This document shows, one piece after another, positions 8,850-16,221 of a stretch of 24,000 nucleotides of DNA (position 1 is the stretch's first letter; each line of letters starts with the position of its first letter). The notes below the pieces were generated by a model. The model was not told the origin of the DNA. It was given only the letters and a program-made list of their open reading frames with translations, and did no database searches. The stretch covers positions 34,241 through 58,240 of the forward strand of contig CALLUO010000014.1 in NCBI GenBank assembly GCA_938010425.1. Direction: 5' to 3'. Made by a program: the position numbers and the translations under genes. The stretch is from an uncultured Elioraea sp. (GTDB taxonomy: Bacteria > Pseudomonadota > Alphaproteobacteria > Acetobacterales > Acetobacteraceae).

Positions 8850-8957
8850 CGCAGGTGGGCGCCATATGACGCGGCCACGACCGCGCCAGGGACAGCTCCC
8901 TTGGGAAAGATCACTGGCCCCGGGGATGAAAGACCTGACGCACCGGGCAGCCCCGCC
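8798..8957 (-). ncRNA. ssrS: Candidate 6S RNA (ssrS); boundaries approximate
   Basis: Position matches the zapA-ssrS-ygfA arrangement known from E. coli and other proteobacteria. I found two colinear long-range helices by hand. GGCGGGGCUGCCC (8957-8945) pairs with GGGCGGCUCCGCGCC (8812-8798). CAUCCCCGGGGCC (8928-8916) pairs with GGCCUUGGGAGGAUG (8842-8828). I could not verify a canonical central bubble, and the 3' half overlaps the first codons of the cyclo-ligase ORF. Confidence 0.35.
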
Positions 8958-8965
8958 TATTCAAC

Positions 8966-9283
8966 CTAAGCGCGGGCAAGGCGTTGCGCAACACCATCGA
9001 GCCGGGCGGCGAGCTGAGCAAGGCGACGCCCAACCTCGGCGTTGTCGGTTCCTCCGCAGGCTGGCCGGTCCGCCGTCACAGCCTTCAGATCCTTCAGCTC
9101 GTCGAGCAAAGAAAGTGCCACCAGCACAAGAAGCATGGACTCACCGCGATTGCCGACGGCCGCACGGGTTTCCACCACCCGCCGATCAAGCTCCTCTCCC
9201 AAAGCACGCAGCTGCGCCTCCTCGCCGTCAGCGCAGCCGACGAGGTAGGAAAACCCCCCAATTTTCAGGCTCACCTGCCCCAC
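8966..9283 (-). CDS. zapA: Cell division protein ZapA
   Basis: From the GTG at 9283: VGQVSLKIGGFSYLVGCADGEEAQLRALGEELDRRV..., the ZapA N-terminal pattern, followed by a coiled-coil tail. The GTG sits 4 nt after the upstream gene's TGA (9288-9290). The track ORF (to 9367) is an over-extension. Confidence 0.85.
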   Translation of the reverse strand: MGQVSLKIGGFSYLVGCADGEEAQLRALGEELDRRVVETRAAVGNRGESMLLVLVALSLLDELKDLKAVTADRPACGGTDNAEVGRRLAQLAARLDGVAQRLARA

Positions 9284-9287
9284 GCGC

Positions 9288-9500
9288 TCAGCCCTGCTCA
9301 AGCACGGCGGCCAGGCGCGCAATGACGGCATCAAGCCGCTCCGCCGCCTCTGCCATCGTTGCAGCAAGCGCTTCGGCCGAGGGTTCTTTTGCGCGTTCCT
9401 CCTCGCGCTGCACGATCGCCTCCGCCACCTCTTCGAGCCTCACCACCGCGCGTTCCAGCATCGCGCACGCGGCCTCTAGGCTCGGGGCATCGTTCGGCAT
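9288..9500 (-). CDS. Small coiled-coil protein (DUF4164 / ZauP-like ZapA partner)
   Basis: 70 aa, Ala/Glu/Leu-rich with heptad character (LEAACAMLERAVVRLEEVAEAIVQREEE...LDAVIARLAAVLEQG). It lies immediately upstream of, and near-contiguous with, zapA, as described for Caulobacter zauP. GGAAAG lies upstream of the ATG. Confidence 0.6.
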   Translation of the reverse strand: MPNDAPSLEAACAMLERAVVRLEEVAEAIVQREEERAKEPSAEALAATMAEAAERLDAVIARLAAVLEQG

Positions 9501-9572
9501 TGGGGGTCGCTTTCCGTCTTGGATTGTGTCTTGACCCTAGACAGGGCTTTCTGCCGCGGTCAACACGGGCCC

Positions 9573-9974
9573 ATGCGGCGAGCGGTGGTTGTGCACGGGC
9601 TGGATCAGGCGCACGACGCTCTTGCAGCGGCAGAACGGGTCGGCGTCGCGGTCGATCTCCTCTCAGGCCCAGGCGCGGCGGCCTACGCCGGGGCGGCATG
9701 GTGGTTGGCGATGACGCGGGCGGCAAGGGCAGCGTATGCGGCGGTTGCTGGGCGAGACATTCTTGATTGTGCCGACGAGGCGGGGATCGCGGTCGAGGCG
9801 TTGCGCGCGGGCATTCGGGCGATCGTGTTCGAGGGTGCGCAGACGCAGGCGGAACGTCTTGCTGCGATCGCTGAGGCTATGGGTGCGGAGGTGCTGCGCA
9901 GCCGCCTGCCCGCGCTGGATCTGGGCCGGCCCGGGGCGGCGCGACGTCTCGAGGCTTGGCTGGGCGGCAAGTGA
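9573..9974 (+). CDS. Hypothetical protein, 133 aa, Ala-rich, no family recognised
   Basis: From the ATG at 9573: MRRAVVVHGLDQAHDALAAAERVGVAVDLLSGPGAAAYAGAAWWLAM.... Third positions are strongly G/C. It is divergent from the zapA operon and 60 nt upstream of the aldolase gene. Confidence 0.6.
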   Translation: MRRAVVVHGLDQAHDALAAAERVGVAVDLLSGPGAAAYAGAAWWLAMTRAARAAYAAVAGRDILDCADEAGIAVEALRAGIRAIVFEGAQTQAERLAAIAEAMGAEVLRSRLPALDLGRPGAARRLEAWLGGK

Positions 9975-10033
9975 CACGCGCACCGCCCTACTTTAGATCG
10001 CTCGCCAATAAGCCACGACAGGAGCATGGGAGC

Positions 10034-10954
10034 ATGCGGATCACGCGGCGGGTTAAGGACATCCTCTCCTACTACGAGAGCGACACCCCCGGCACCAAGG
10101 CCAACCTCGCCCGCATCCTGATGGCAGGAAGGCTGGGCGGGACAGGCAAGCTCGTCATTCTTCCCGTTGATCAGGGCTTCGAACACGGGCCCGCCCGCTC
10201 CTTTGCGCCTAATCCGCCGGCGTATGACCCACATTACCATTTTGAGCTCGCGATCGAGGCGGGGCTATCGGCCTACGCGGCACCCTTGGGCATGCTGGAA
10301 GCGGGCGCCGACACCTACGCTGGCGCGATCCCGCTTATTCTCAAGGCGAATTCCTCGAACAGCCTTTCCACGGTCAAGGACCAGGCGGTAACCGCATCGG
10401 TCGCCGATGCGCTGCGGCTCGGCTGCAGCGCGATCGGCTTCACGATCTACCCTGGCTCCGAGGACCAGTTCGAGATGATGGAGGAGCTGCGCGAGCTCGC
10501 CGAGGAGGCGAAGTCGGTCGGGCTCGCGGTCGTGGTCTGGTCCTACCCTCGCGGGCCGATGCTGGACAAGGCAGGCGAGACAGCGGTCGACATTTGTGCC
10601 TATGCCGCGCACATGGCGGCCCTGCTTGGCGCCCACATCATCAAGGTGAAGCCGCCGACGGAACATGTCGCGCTGGAGGCGGCGAAGAAGGTCTACGAGA
10701 AGGAGCCGATCGACATCGCGACCCTGGCGAAGCGCATCGAGCATGTGGTGCAGGCGGCCTTCGCTGGGCGGCGTCTTGTCGTGTTTTCTGGCGGAGAGGC
10801 GAAGGACGAGGAGGGGATCTATGCCGAGTGTCGCGCCATCCGCGATGGCGGGGGTGCCGGTTCGATCATCGGGCGGAACACATTCCAAAGGCCGAAGGAA
10901 AAGGCACTCGCCATGCTGGGGCGGATCATCGAAATCTACCAGGGCAAGGCGTGA
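10034..10954 (+). CDS. fbaB: Class I fructose-bisphosphate aldolase (DeoC/LacD-fold, FbaB/DhnA type)
   Basis: From the ATG at 10034 (AGGAG 11 nt upstream): [28 protein letters not shown]...[14 protein letters not shown]...[10 protein letters not shown]...HIIKVKPP (Schiff-base Lys region). The track ORF starts 26 codons too early. Confidence 0.9.
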   Translation: MRITRRVKDILSYYESDTPGTKANLARILMAGRLGGTGKLVILPVDQGFEHGPARSFAPNPPAYDPHYHFELAIEAGLSAYAAPLGMLEAGADTYAGAIPLILKANSSNSLSTVKDQAVTASVADALRLGCSAIGFTIYPGSEDQFEMMEELRELAEEAKSVGLAVVVWSYPRGPMLDKAGETAVDICAYAAHMAALLGAHIIKVKPPTEHVALEAAKKVYEKEPIDIATLAKRIEHVVQAAFAGRRLVVFSGGEAKDEEGIYAECRAIRDGGGAGSIIGRNTFQRPKEKALAMLGRIIEIYQGKA

Positions 10955-11658
10955 GTGCAGCGGCACGCCCACGGTCGGCAACGAAACGCGCCGAACAGCA
11001 GCCACGCCCGGCTGAGCCACGCTGCCGGCTCTACCTCATCACCCCGCCTGTGTTCGACCCGGTTCGATTTCGCGATGATCTTGCCCGCGCGCTCGACGCG
11101 GGCGACGTCGCCGCTGTTCAACTCAGGCTGAAGGGTATGGATGACGACGCGATCAGACGCGCCGCTGACCTTTTGCGCCCTGTGGTGCAGGAGCGCGGAG
11201 TGGCTTTCCTGATGAACGACCGCGCCGACCTGGCGGTGGCCTGCGGCATGGATGGGGCGCATTTGGGCCTTGCAGACGGGGATTTGCGCGCGGCGCGCCG
11301 CCTCCTTGGGCCCGATCTCACGCTCGGCGCCACCTGCCATGACTCTCGCCACCTCGCCATGGAAGCAGCCGAGGCGGGGGCGGACTATGTCGCCTTTGGC
11401 GCCTTTTTCCCCACCAGTACCAAAGAGACGAAGCACCGGCCCGACCCAGAGATTCTCGCCATTTGGGCCGAGACGACGGAGATTCCCTCTGTCGCGATTG
11501 GCGGCATCACGGCGGAAAACTGCGGCGTTCTCGTGCGGGCTGGAGCAGATTTTCTGGCCGTGATCTCAGCCGTTTGGGGGCATCCAGAGGGGCCGGCCGC
11601 AGGGGTGCAGGCGATGAACCAAGCGATCGCCGCCGCGCTGGAGGCGAGCTGGGAGTAG
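10951..11658 (+). CDS. thiE: Thiamine-phosphate synthase ThiE
   Basis: RLYLITPP...VQLRLKG...[21 protein letters not shown]...GATCHD...[15 protein letters not shown]...VAIGGI are ThiE motifs. The in-frame GTG at 10951 overlaps the aldolase stop (GTGA). The track ORF from 10594 runs inside fbaB in another frame and is rejected. Confidence 0.9.
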   Translation: MSAAARPRSATKRAEQQPRPAEPRCRLYLITPPVFDPVRFRDDLARALDAGDVAAVQLRLKGMDDDAIRRAADLLRPVVQERGVAFLMNDRADLAVACGMDGAHLGLADGDLRAARRLLGPDLTLGATCHDSRHLAMEAAEAGADYVAFGAFFPTSTKETKHRPDPEILAIWAETTEIPSVAIGGITAENCGVLVRAGADFLAVISAVWGHPEGPAAGVQAMNQAIAAALEASWE

Positions 11659-11660
11659 GG

Positions 11661-11768
11661 TCTGGCTGATCGAGCCGAGAAGGGGCGGGGTTGATCGCTA
11701 TTGATTAAGAAAAACTCGCGACCGTTTAGAAATCTGGCTGACTGAGCCAACAAGGGGCGGGGTTAATC
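11661..11768. repeat. Two copies of a 36-nt direct repeat (11661-11696 and 11733-11768, 31/36 identical) flanking an AT-rich spacer
   Basis: Copy 1 is tctggctgatcgagccgagaaggggcggggttgatc; copy 2 is tctggctgactgagccaacaaggggcggggttaatc. Each contains a 5-bp hairpin (11663-67/11673-77 and 11735-39/11745-49) and the tract AAGGGGCGGGGTT. An inverted copy of AAGGGGCGG lies at 11819-11827. Confidence 0.8.
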
Positions 11769-11804
11769 CCCGTCGGGCAGGTTTACGGCGTATCGCCTCA
11801 CTTC

Positions 11805-11844
11805 AAGTCACGCAATGGCCGCCCCTTAAGTCACGCGCTGGCCG
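11805..11844. repeat. Tandem 17-nt repeat (aagtcacgcaatggccg / aagtcacgcgctggccg), 23-nt period
   Basis: Read directly at 11805-11821 and 11828-11844, 15/17 identical. Each copy supplies the stop codon of one of the two minus-strand ORF fragments ending at 11803 and 11826. Confidence 0.75.
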
Positions 11845-12245
11845 ACAGCGACACCGACGTAGAGCAGGCCAGCACCGCGCAGGGCAAGCCCCGTCGGCTG
11901 CAGCACGGCCTCGGCCCGACGCCTGACCAGCGTGTCGTCGGATTGGTTGTTGCAGAGACCCGCTCCAGGTTGGTGGCGTGTCCCCACGCGTGCCGTCATA
12001 CGCGCCGTCGTGAAAGTTGGCCGTTGTGAACATGCCTGTGCCACCGTCGGCCTAGGTGCCGGTCATCTGGGCCACCTCCTGCGCATCGCCAAATTCGGGT
12101 CTGTCAAAAAGAACGCCGAGGGTGATGGCGTGCACGACGATCGGAACCGTGCTTTAGCCGCTGAACGACACTCTAAGCTTAGGTTGATCTCGTCCACCGT
12201 AAGACGGTCGCTGATGCCGACGCCGGTTATTCCGTCCGTTTTCGA
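11826..12245 (-). pseudogene. Possible decayed gene (fragments in three frames, two in-frame stops); identity unknown
   Basis: Protein-like minus-strand pieces with moderately G/C-rich third positions:
- KTDGITGVGISDRLTVDEINLSLE (12245-12171)
- after a frame change, STVPIVVHAITLGVLFDRPEFGDAQEVAQMTGT (12153-12055), bounded by TAA 12154-56 and TAG 12052-54
- then ADGGTGMFTTANFHDGAYDGTRGDTPPTWSGSL
- after another frame change, SDDTLVRRRAEAVLQPTGLALRGAGLLYVGVAVGQRVT* ending at 11826
No intact ORF covers them. Confidence 0.25.
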
Positions 12246-12412
12246 TCAATTCCTGCCCCTGGCCATCGCCGCGGCGGTGGGCAACGGCAGCCTCCGGCAT
12301 TCCCCTTGGCAAGGCGAAGCACTGTGCATCGCGATCAGCCGCCCATGCGCGCTGCCTTCGCCCTTGCCCAAAAGGGGTGGGCTTGCAACGCACCGTCGGG
12401 CCAGGCCGGGGC

Positions 12413-13774
12413 TTACGCTGCGGCCCGCAGGCGGCCGAGGAAGGACTCCACCGCGGCGCGCAACGCTTCACCGTTGCGGGCGAGTTCCGCTGCCGCCGCA
12501 CGCAAAGACCGCACCGCCTCGTCAGCCTCCTGCACGGCTCCCTGCACGCCGGAAACGGCTTGGGAGGCGAGCGACGTTCCCTTCACTGCCTCCTGCACGC
12601 TGCGCGCGATTTCCTTTGTGGCCGCCCCCTGCTCCTCCACCGAAGCGGCAATTGCCGCCGCGGTCCGCTCTGACTCGGCCACAATCGCGGCAATGCCCCG
12701 GATCGCCTCCACCGCCCGCTTTGTCTCGGTCTGGATCGCGGTGATCTGAGCGGCGATCTCGTCTGTCGCCTTCGCGGTTTGGCTAGCCAAATTCTTCACC
12801 TCGGAGGCGACCACGGCGAAGCCCTTGCCGGCCTCACCTGCCCGCGCCGCCTCGATGGTGGCGTTCAGCGCCAGCAGGTTGGTCTGGCCGGCAATGTCGT
12901 TGATCAACCGCACAATGTCGCCGATCCGGGTCGCTGCTTCGGCGAGCGAGGAGATCATCTGATCGGTCGCCCGCGCCCTTTCGGCTGCCTGCGAAGCCAC
13001 GCGCGCGCTTTCACCGACCTGCCGTGTGATCTCGGCAATCGAGGCGGAGAGCTCCTCCGCCGCCGAGGCGATGGTCGCGATGTTGGTGGAAGCCTGTTCG
13101 GTTGCTGCCGCTGCCGAGATGGTGCGCTCGGCCGTGCGCGCTGAGACCTGCGCCAGAGTGTCGGCGTTGGCGGAAAGTTCGGTGCCCGCTGCGGTCACTC
13201 CAGCGATCAGACCGCCCATGTCGCTCTCGAACCGGTTGGCGATTTCGGCTCTCGCCTGCGCCGCTTCCCGCCGTGCCTTCTCGAAATAGACGTCGAGGGC
13301 GAGGTCCATATCGAGGAACACCGCTTCCGTCATCGCTGCGATGAGCTCCGCCGTGCGCCGCCCGTTCCAGCGCTTCGCCTCGCCGATCACCTGCCCCATC
13401 TCGGCCAGCGCCATCGCGTAGCCGCCGAGATACCAGCGCGGATCAAGCCCGATGCGAGCATGCGCTTCGCCGATGCGGCGCACCCCGGCAGCATACTCGT
13501 CATCGAACCGGCCGGAGAATAGCCGACTCCAGTGCCGTTTCTGAGCCTCCTTCAGCCGTTCGACCCCGCCCTTGGCGTGGGCGGCAAGCATGGCCGCCGT
13601 CTGGGGCGTTGCCTGCAGGTGGCGGTAGAAGGCATCGATCACAGTGCTGAACTTCGGCTCGATGAGGGTCCAAGCCTCGGACAGGGTCGCGCGGCTTTCC
13701 GCCGTCAGCCGCATGAAGGCCAAACGCTCGGCCATCGAGGTCGTTTCGGTCTGCGGCACACCAGCTTTGTTCAC
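12413..13774 (-). CDS. Soluble globin-coupled methyl-accepting chemotaxis protein (HemAT-like heme-based aerotaxis transducer)
   Basis: The N-terminal sensor-globin (protoglobin) region has DAFYRHL...[22 protein letters not shown] (proximal-His region) and no TM segment. The C-terminal MCP signalling hairpin reads [49 protein letters not shown] chose the GTG at 13774 because GAGGGAGG lies 5 nt upstream. Alternative starts are the ATG at 13735 and the track start at 13819. Confidence 0.9.
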   Translation of the reverse strand: MNKAGVPQTETTSMAERLAFMRLTAESRATLSEAWTLIEPKFSTVIDAFYRHLQATPQTAAMLAAHAKGGVERLKEAQKRHWSRLFSGRFDDEYAAGVRRIGEAHARIGLDPRWYLGGYAMALAEMGQVIGEAKRWNGRRTAELIAAMTEAVFLDMDLALDVYFEKARREAAQARAEIANRFESDMGGLIAGVTAAGTELSANADTLAQVSARTAERTISAAAATEQASTNIATIASAAEELSASIAEITRQVGESARVASQAAERARATDQMISSLAEAATRIGDIVRLINDIAGQTNLLALNATIEAARAGEAGKGFAVVASEVKNLASQTAKATDEIAAQITAIQTETKRAVEAIRGIAAIVAESERTAAAIAASVEEQGAATKEIARSVQEAVKGTSLASQAVSGVQGAVQEADEAVRSLRAAAAELARNGEALRAAVESFLGRLRAAA

Positions 13775-13803
13775 TGTTGCCTCCCTCAACACGTGGATGA
13801 GCG

Positions 13804-13818
13804 GCACAAGGTTCACCA
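13804..13818 (-). promoter_or_regulatory. Weak candidate sigma-54 (-24/-12) promoter for the chemoreceptor gene
   Basis: The minus strand reads TGGTGAACCTTGTGC, that is GG-N10-GC spacing as in the TGGCACG-N4-TTGC consensus, about 30 nt upstream of the GTG at 13774. Several consensus positions mismatch. Confidence 0.2.
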
Positions 13819-13903
13819 AGGCTGGTAGATTTTTGATTTCGCCCCCTAGAGCGCGACGGCCTGCCCCCGGCTCACGCTCCTCACCACCCGCCTGACCTGC
13901 GGC

Positions 13904-14491
13904 TTAGGGGCCCGGGGAGGGAGAGGCCCTCAGCACAGCGCCTGCTGGAACGGTCCGGCCTGGTGATACGACCGCCCCTGGCAGCAGGATGGCCCCTGCC
14001 CCAACCAGCGCGCCTTCGCCCACGCGCACGCCGCCGCACAGCCGCGCGCCGGGAGCTACAAAGGCCCCGTCCTCAACCGCGCAGTCGTGATCGACGCTTG
14101 CAGCCGTGTTGACGATGCAGAAGCGGCCGATGTGCGCTGCAACGCCGACGATCGCTCCCGCACCAACCATCGTTCCGGCACCGATCACCGCATCGCGCGC
14201 CACAACCGCGCTTGGGTGGATCGCTGTCGCGAGCGTCACACCGCAATCGCACAAGGCACGGGACAAGGCGGCTCGCTGTGCGTTGTCACCGAGCGCAACG
14301 ATCGCTGCCCGCCCGTCGAAAAATCCAGACTCGACAGCGAGCGCGAAGGGGCCGAGCACGGGAAGCCCGCTGACCGAGCCATTCTTGGCGTCGTCGAGAA
14401 ACCCGTCGACGGTCCAGCCGGTGAGCGCGAGGATGTCGGCAACCACACGACCATGGCCACCGGCGCCTAAAACCACCACCCGTCCCGTCAT
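13904..14491 (-). CDS. NeuD/PglB/VioB-family sugar acetyltransferase (left-handed beta-helix, hexapeptide repeats)
   Basis: From the ATG at 14491 (GGAGG 4 nt upstream): MTGRVVVLGAGGHGRVVADIL...GFLDD, a Rossmann-like N-domain. Hexapeptide repeats follow (IHPSAVVARDAVIGAGTMVGAGAIVGVAAHIGRFCIVNTAASVDHDCAVEDGAFVAPGARLCGGVRVGEGALVGAGA). Confidence 0.8.
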   Translation of the reverse strand: MTGRVVVLGAGGHGRVVADILALTGWTVDGFLDDAKNGSVSGLPVLGPFALAVESGFFDGRAAIVALGDNAQRAALSRALCDCGVTLATAIHPSAVVARDAVIGAGTMVGAGAIVGVAAHIGRFCIVNTAASVDHDCAVEDGAFVAPGARLCGGVRVGEGALVGAGAILLPGAVVSPGRTVPAGAVLRASPSPGP

Positions 14492-14538
14492 GCGGCCTCC
14501 GCGCCACCGAACCGCGCCCAACCCCGCCGGCGCGTCCG

Positions 14539-15285
14539 TCAGACCAGGTCCGCCGCGAGAGCAGCGCGGGCTTCGATCGCCGCGACCAAACGCTCACGCG
14601 CGGGCGGTGGTGGGCGGTGGACGGCTTCGAACACATTGCGCGCCAGAAAATGCCCAGTGAGCCTAAGCCCAGCCACCACGTCCGATGCCGCTGCCTCAGC
14701 GTCCTCGATCAGGAATTTCGGCAGAACAAGGAGCCGTTCGCGCCACGGCCCAGCAGCCGCCGCTGCCACCGCCCGCCCCGTGCGCGGCGAGACGTAGGCA
14801 AGGCCGTCCCGCGCTCCCGTCACGGCGCAGACGGAGAGGTCGAGCCCGTAGCCGAGTTCCGAAAGCAGAACGATCTCCCAGCGCACATACTCTGCCACCG
14901 CCTTCGCGCTGCTATCGAGATGGCGAAGAAGTGCGACCAGTGCCGCGTGGGCCCTCGGGTGCGGTTCCGCCTCGGCCAGTGCGGCCTCGGCCACCGCACA
15001 GGCGGAGGCGAGCACAGTTAGCGCGAGCGGATCTTCCAGCGCGGCGGCGGACGCGGCGTACACCACTTCGCCCTCCAAGCGCCCCAACTGGTCGGCTAAC
15101 CTGGCTTGCCAGCGCGCGGCGAGGAGATTACCCGGCTGCCAGGTCGCCCGGCCGCGCCGCCCCGCACCGCCATAGACGAGACCGCGCCGCACGCCGAAGG
15201 CGCGCGTGAACACCGTGGCGATCGCATGGCCTTCGCCATGCGGCCGCGCCGATAGCACCACCGCCTCGTCCTCCCAACTCTCCAT
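14539..15285 (-). CDS. recO: DNA repair protein RecO
   Basis: 248 aa starting MESWEDEAVVLSARPHGEGHAIATVFTRAFGVRRGLVYGG (RecO OB-fold N-terminus). It sits in the conserved position after era. Confidence 0.9.
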   Translation of the reverse strand: MESWEDEAVVLSARPHGEGHAIATVFTRAFGVRRGLVYGGAGRRGRATWQPGNLLAARWQARLADQLGRLEGEVVYAASAAALEDPLALTVLASACAVAEAALAEAEPHPRAHAALVALLRHLDSSAKAVAEYVRWEIVLLSELGYGLDLSVCAVTGARDGLAYVSPRTGRAVAAAAAGPWRERLLVLPKFLIEDAEAAASDVVAGLRLTGHFLARNVFEAVHRPPPPARERLVAAIEARAALAADLV

Positions 15286-15294
15286 CGCCGTCGT

Positions 15295-16221
15295 TCAGGG
15301 CTCGAGCCCCATGGCGCGCAACCGCGCCCGCTCCTCGTCCCAGCCAGGCCGCACCAGCACGTGGAGAAACAGGTGCACGCGCCGACCCAACTCCCGCTCC
15401 AGCTCGGCCCGCGCGCGCGACCCGATCGCTTTCAGCCTCTGCCCTCCCTTGCCGATCAGAATCCCCTTCTGCCCCTCCTTGGCGCAAACTATGGCGCAAC
15501 GGATTTCGACCGAACCATCCTCGCGCTCCTGCCACGTTTCCGTCTCCACCGTCGTGTCGTAGGGAACCTCCTCTCGCGTCTGATGGTAGATCTGCTCGCG
15601 CACGATTTCGGCGGCGAGCATCCGGTCGGGCAGGTCGGAGAGGTCGTCCTCCGGAAAGAGCCACGGCCCCTCGGGCAGCGCCTCGGCGAGGCGATCGAGG
15701 AGCCGCTCGACTCCGTCGCCTTCGGTCGCTGAGATCATGACCGTCTCCTGGAACGGAACGATCGCGTTCAGCGCCTCGGCCAGCGGAATCAAGGAAGGTT
15801 TCTCGACCAGGTCGATCTTGTTCAGCGCAAGCCAAAGAGGGCGGTTGGCGTCCTTTAGCCGCTCGGCGATCGCGCGCACCTCTTCCGTCAAGCCGGTCTT
15901 CGCATCAACCAGGAGCAGCGCGATGTCGGAATCCTGCGCTCCCGTCCAGGCAGCCTTGACCATCGCGCGGTCGAGCAGGCGGCGGGGCGAAAAGATGCCG
16001 GGCGTATCGACGAAGACGATTTGCGCGGCCCCGCGCATTACGATGCCGCGCACGCGGAAGCGCGTCGTTTGCGGCTTTGGCGAGACAGCGGAGAGCTTGG
16101 CGCCGACGAGGCGGTTGAGCAGCGTTGACTTGCCCGCATTCGGCGCACCAAGGATGGCGACGAAGCCGCAGCGCCGCGGCAGCGTGGTGGCATCAGGTGG
16201 CGCAAGGTCCGTCTCGGTCAT
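15295..16221 (-). CDS. era: GTPase Era
   Basis: G1 GAPNAGKSTLLN, G3 DTPG, G4 NKID and a C-terminal KH domain (VCAKEGQKGILIGKGGQRLKAIG). ATGA overlap with the rnc stop (16218-16221). Confidence 0.97.
   Translation of the reverse strand: MTETDLAPPDATTLPRRCGFVAILGAPNAGKSTLLNRLVGAKLSAVSPKPQTTRFRVRGIVMRGAAQIVFVDTPGIFSPRRLLDRAMVKAAWTGAQDSDIALLLVDAKTGLTEEVRAIAERLKDANRPLWLALNKIDLVEKPSLIPLAEALNAIVPFQETVMISATEGDGVERLLDRLAEALPEGPWLFPEDDLSDLPDRMLAAEIVREQIYHQTREEVPYDTTVETETWQEREDGSVEIRCAIVCAKEGQKGILIGKGGQRLKAIGSRARAELERELGRRVHLFLHVLVRPGWDEERARLRAMGLEP

Noticed and set aside
8506-9534. 342-aa plus-strand ORF across the cyclo-ligase / zapA / zauP region.
   Set aside because: It is antisense to three supported genes and gives an Arg/Ser/Pro/Ala-rich, low-complexity translation.
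10594-10950. 5' extension of the thiE ORF (track start 10594) and the antisense ORF 10265..11020.
   Set aside because: Both lie entirely within the well-supported aldolase gene in other frames. ThiE homology begins only after the GTG at 10951.
11040-11070. A 'ggttcga' T-loop-like string that might hint at a tRNA.
   Set aside because: It lies inside the thiE reading frame (…[10 protein letters not shown]…), and no acceptor or anticodon stems can be built around it.
11932-12744. 270-aa plus-strand ORF spanning the thiE-chemoreceptor spacer.
   Set aside because: Its 3' third is simply antisense to the chemoreceptor gene. The composition is Trp/Arg/Cys/His-rich. Third-position G/C is only about two-thirds by my count, against about 90% in real genes. 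A convergent 330-nt overlap with a real gene is unlikely. I cannot exclude that a short 5' part is expressed.
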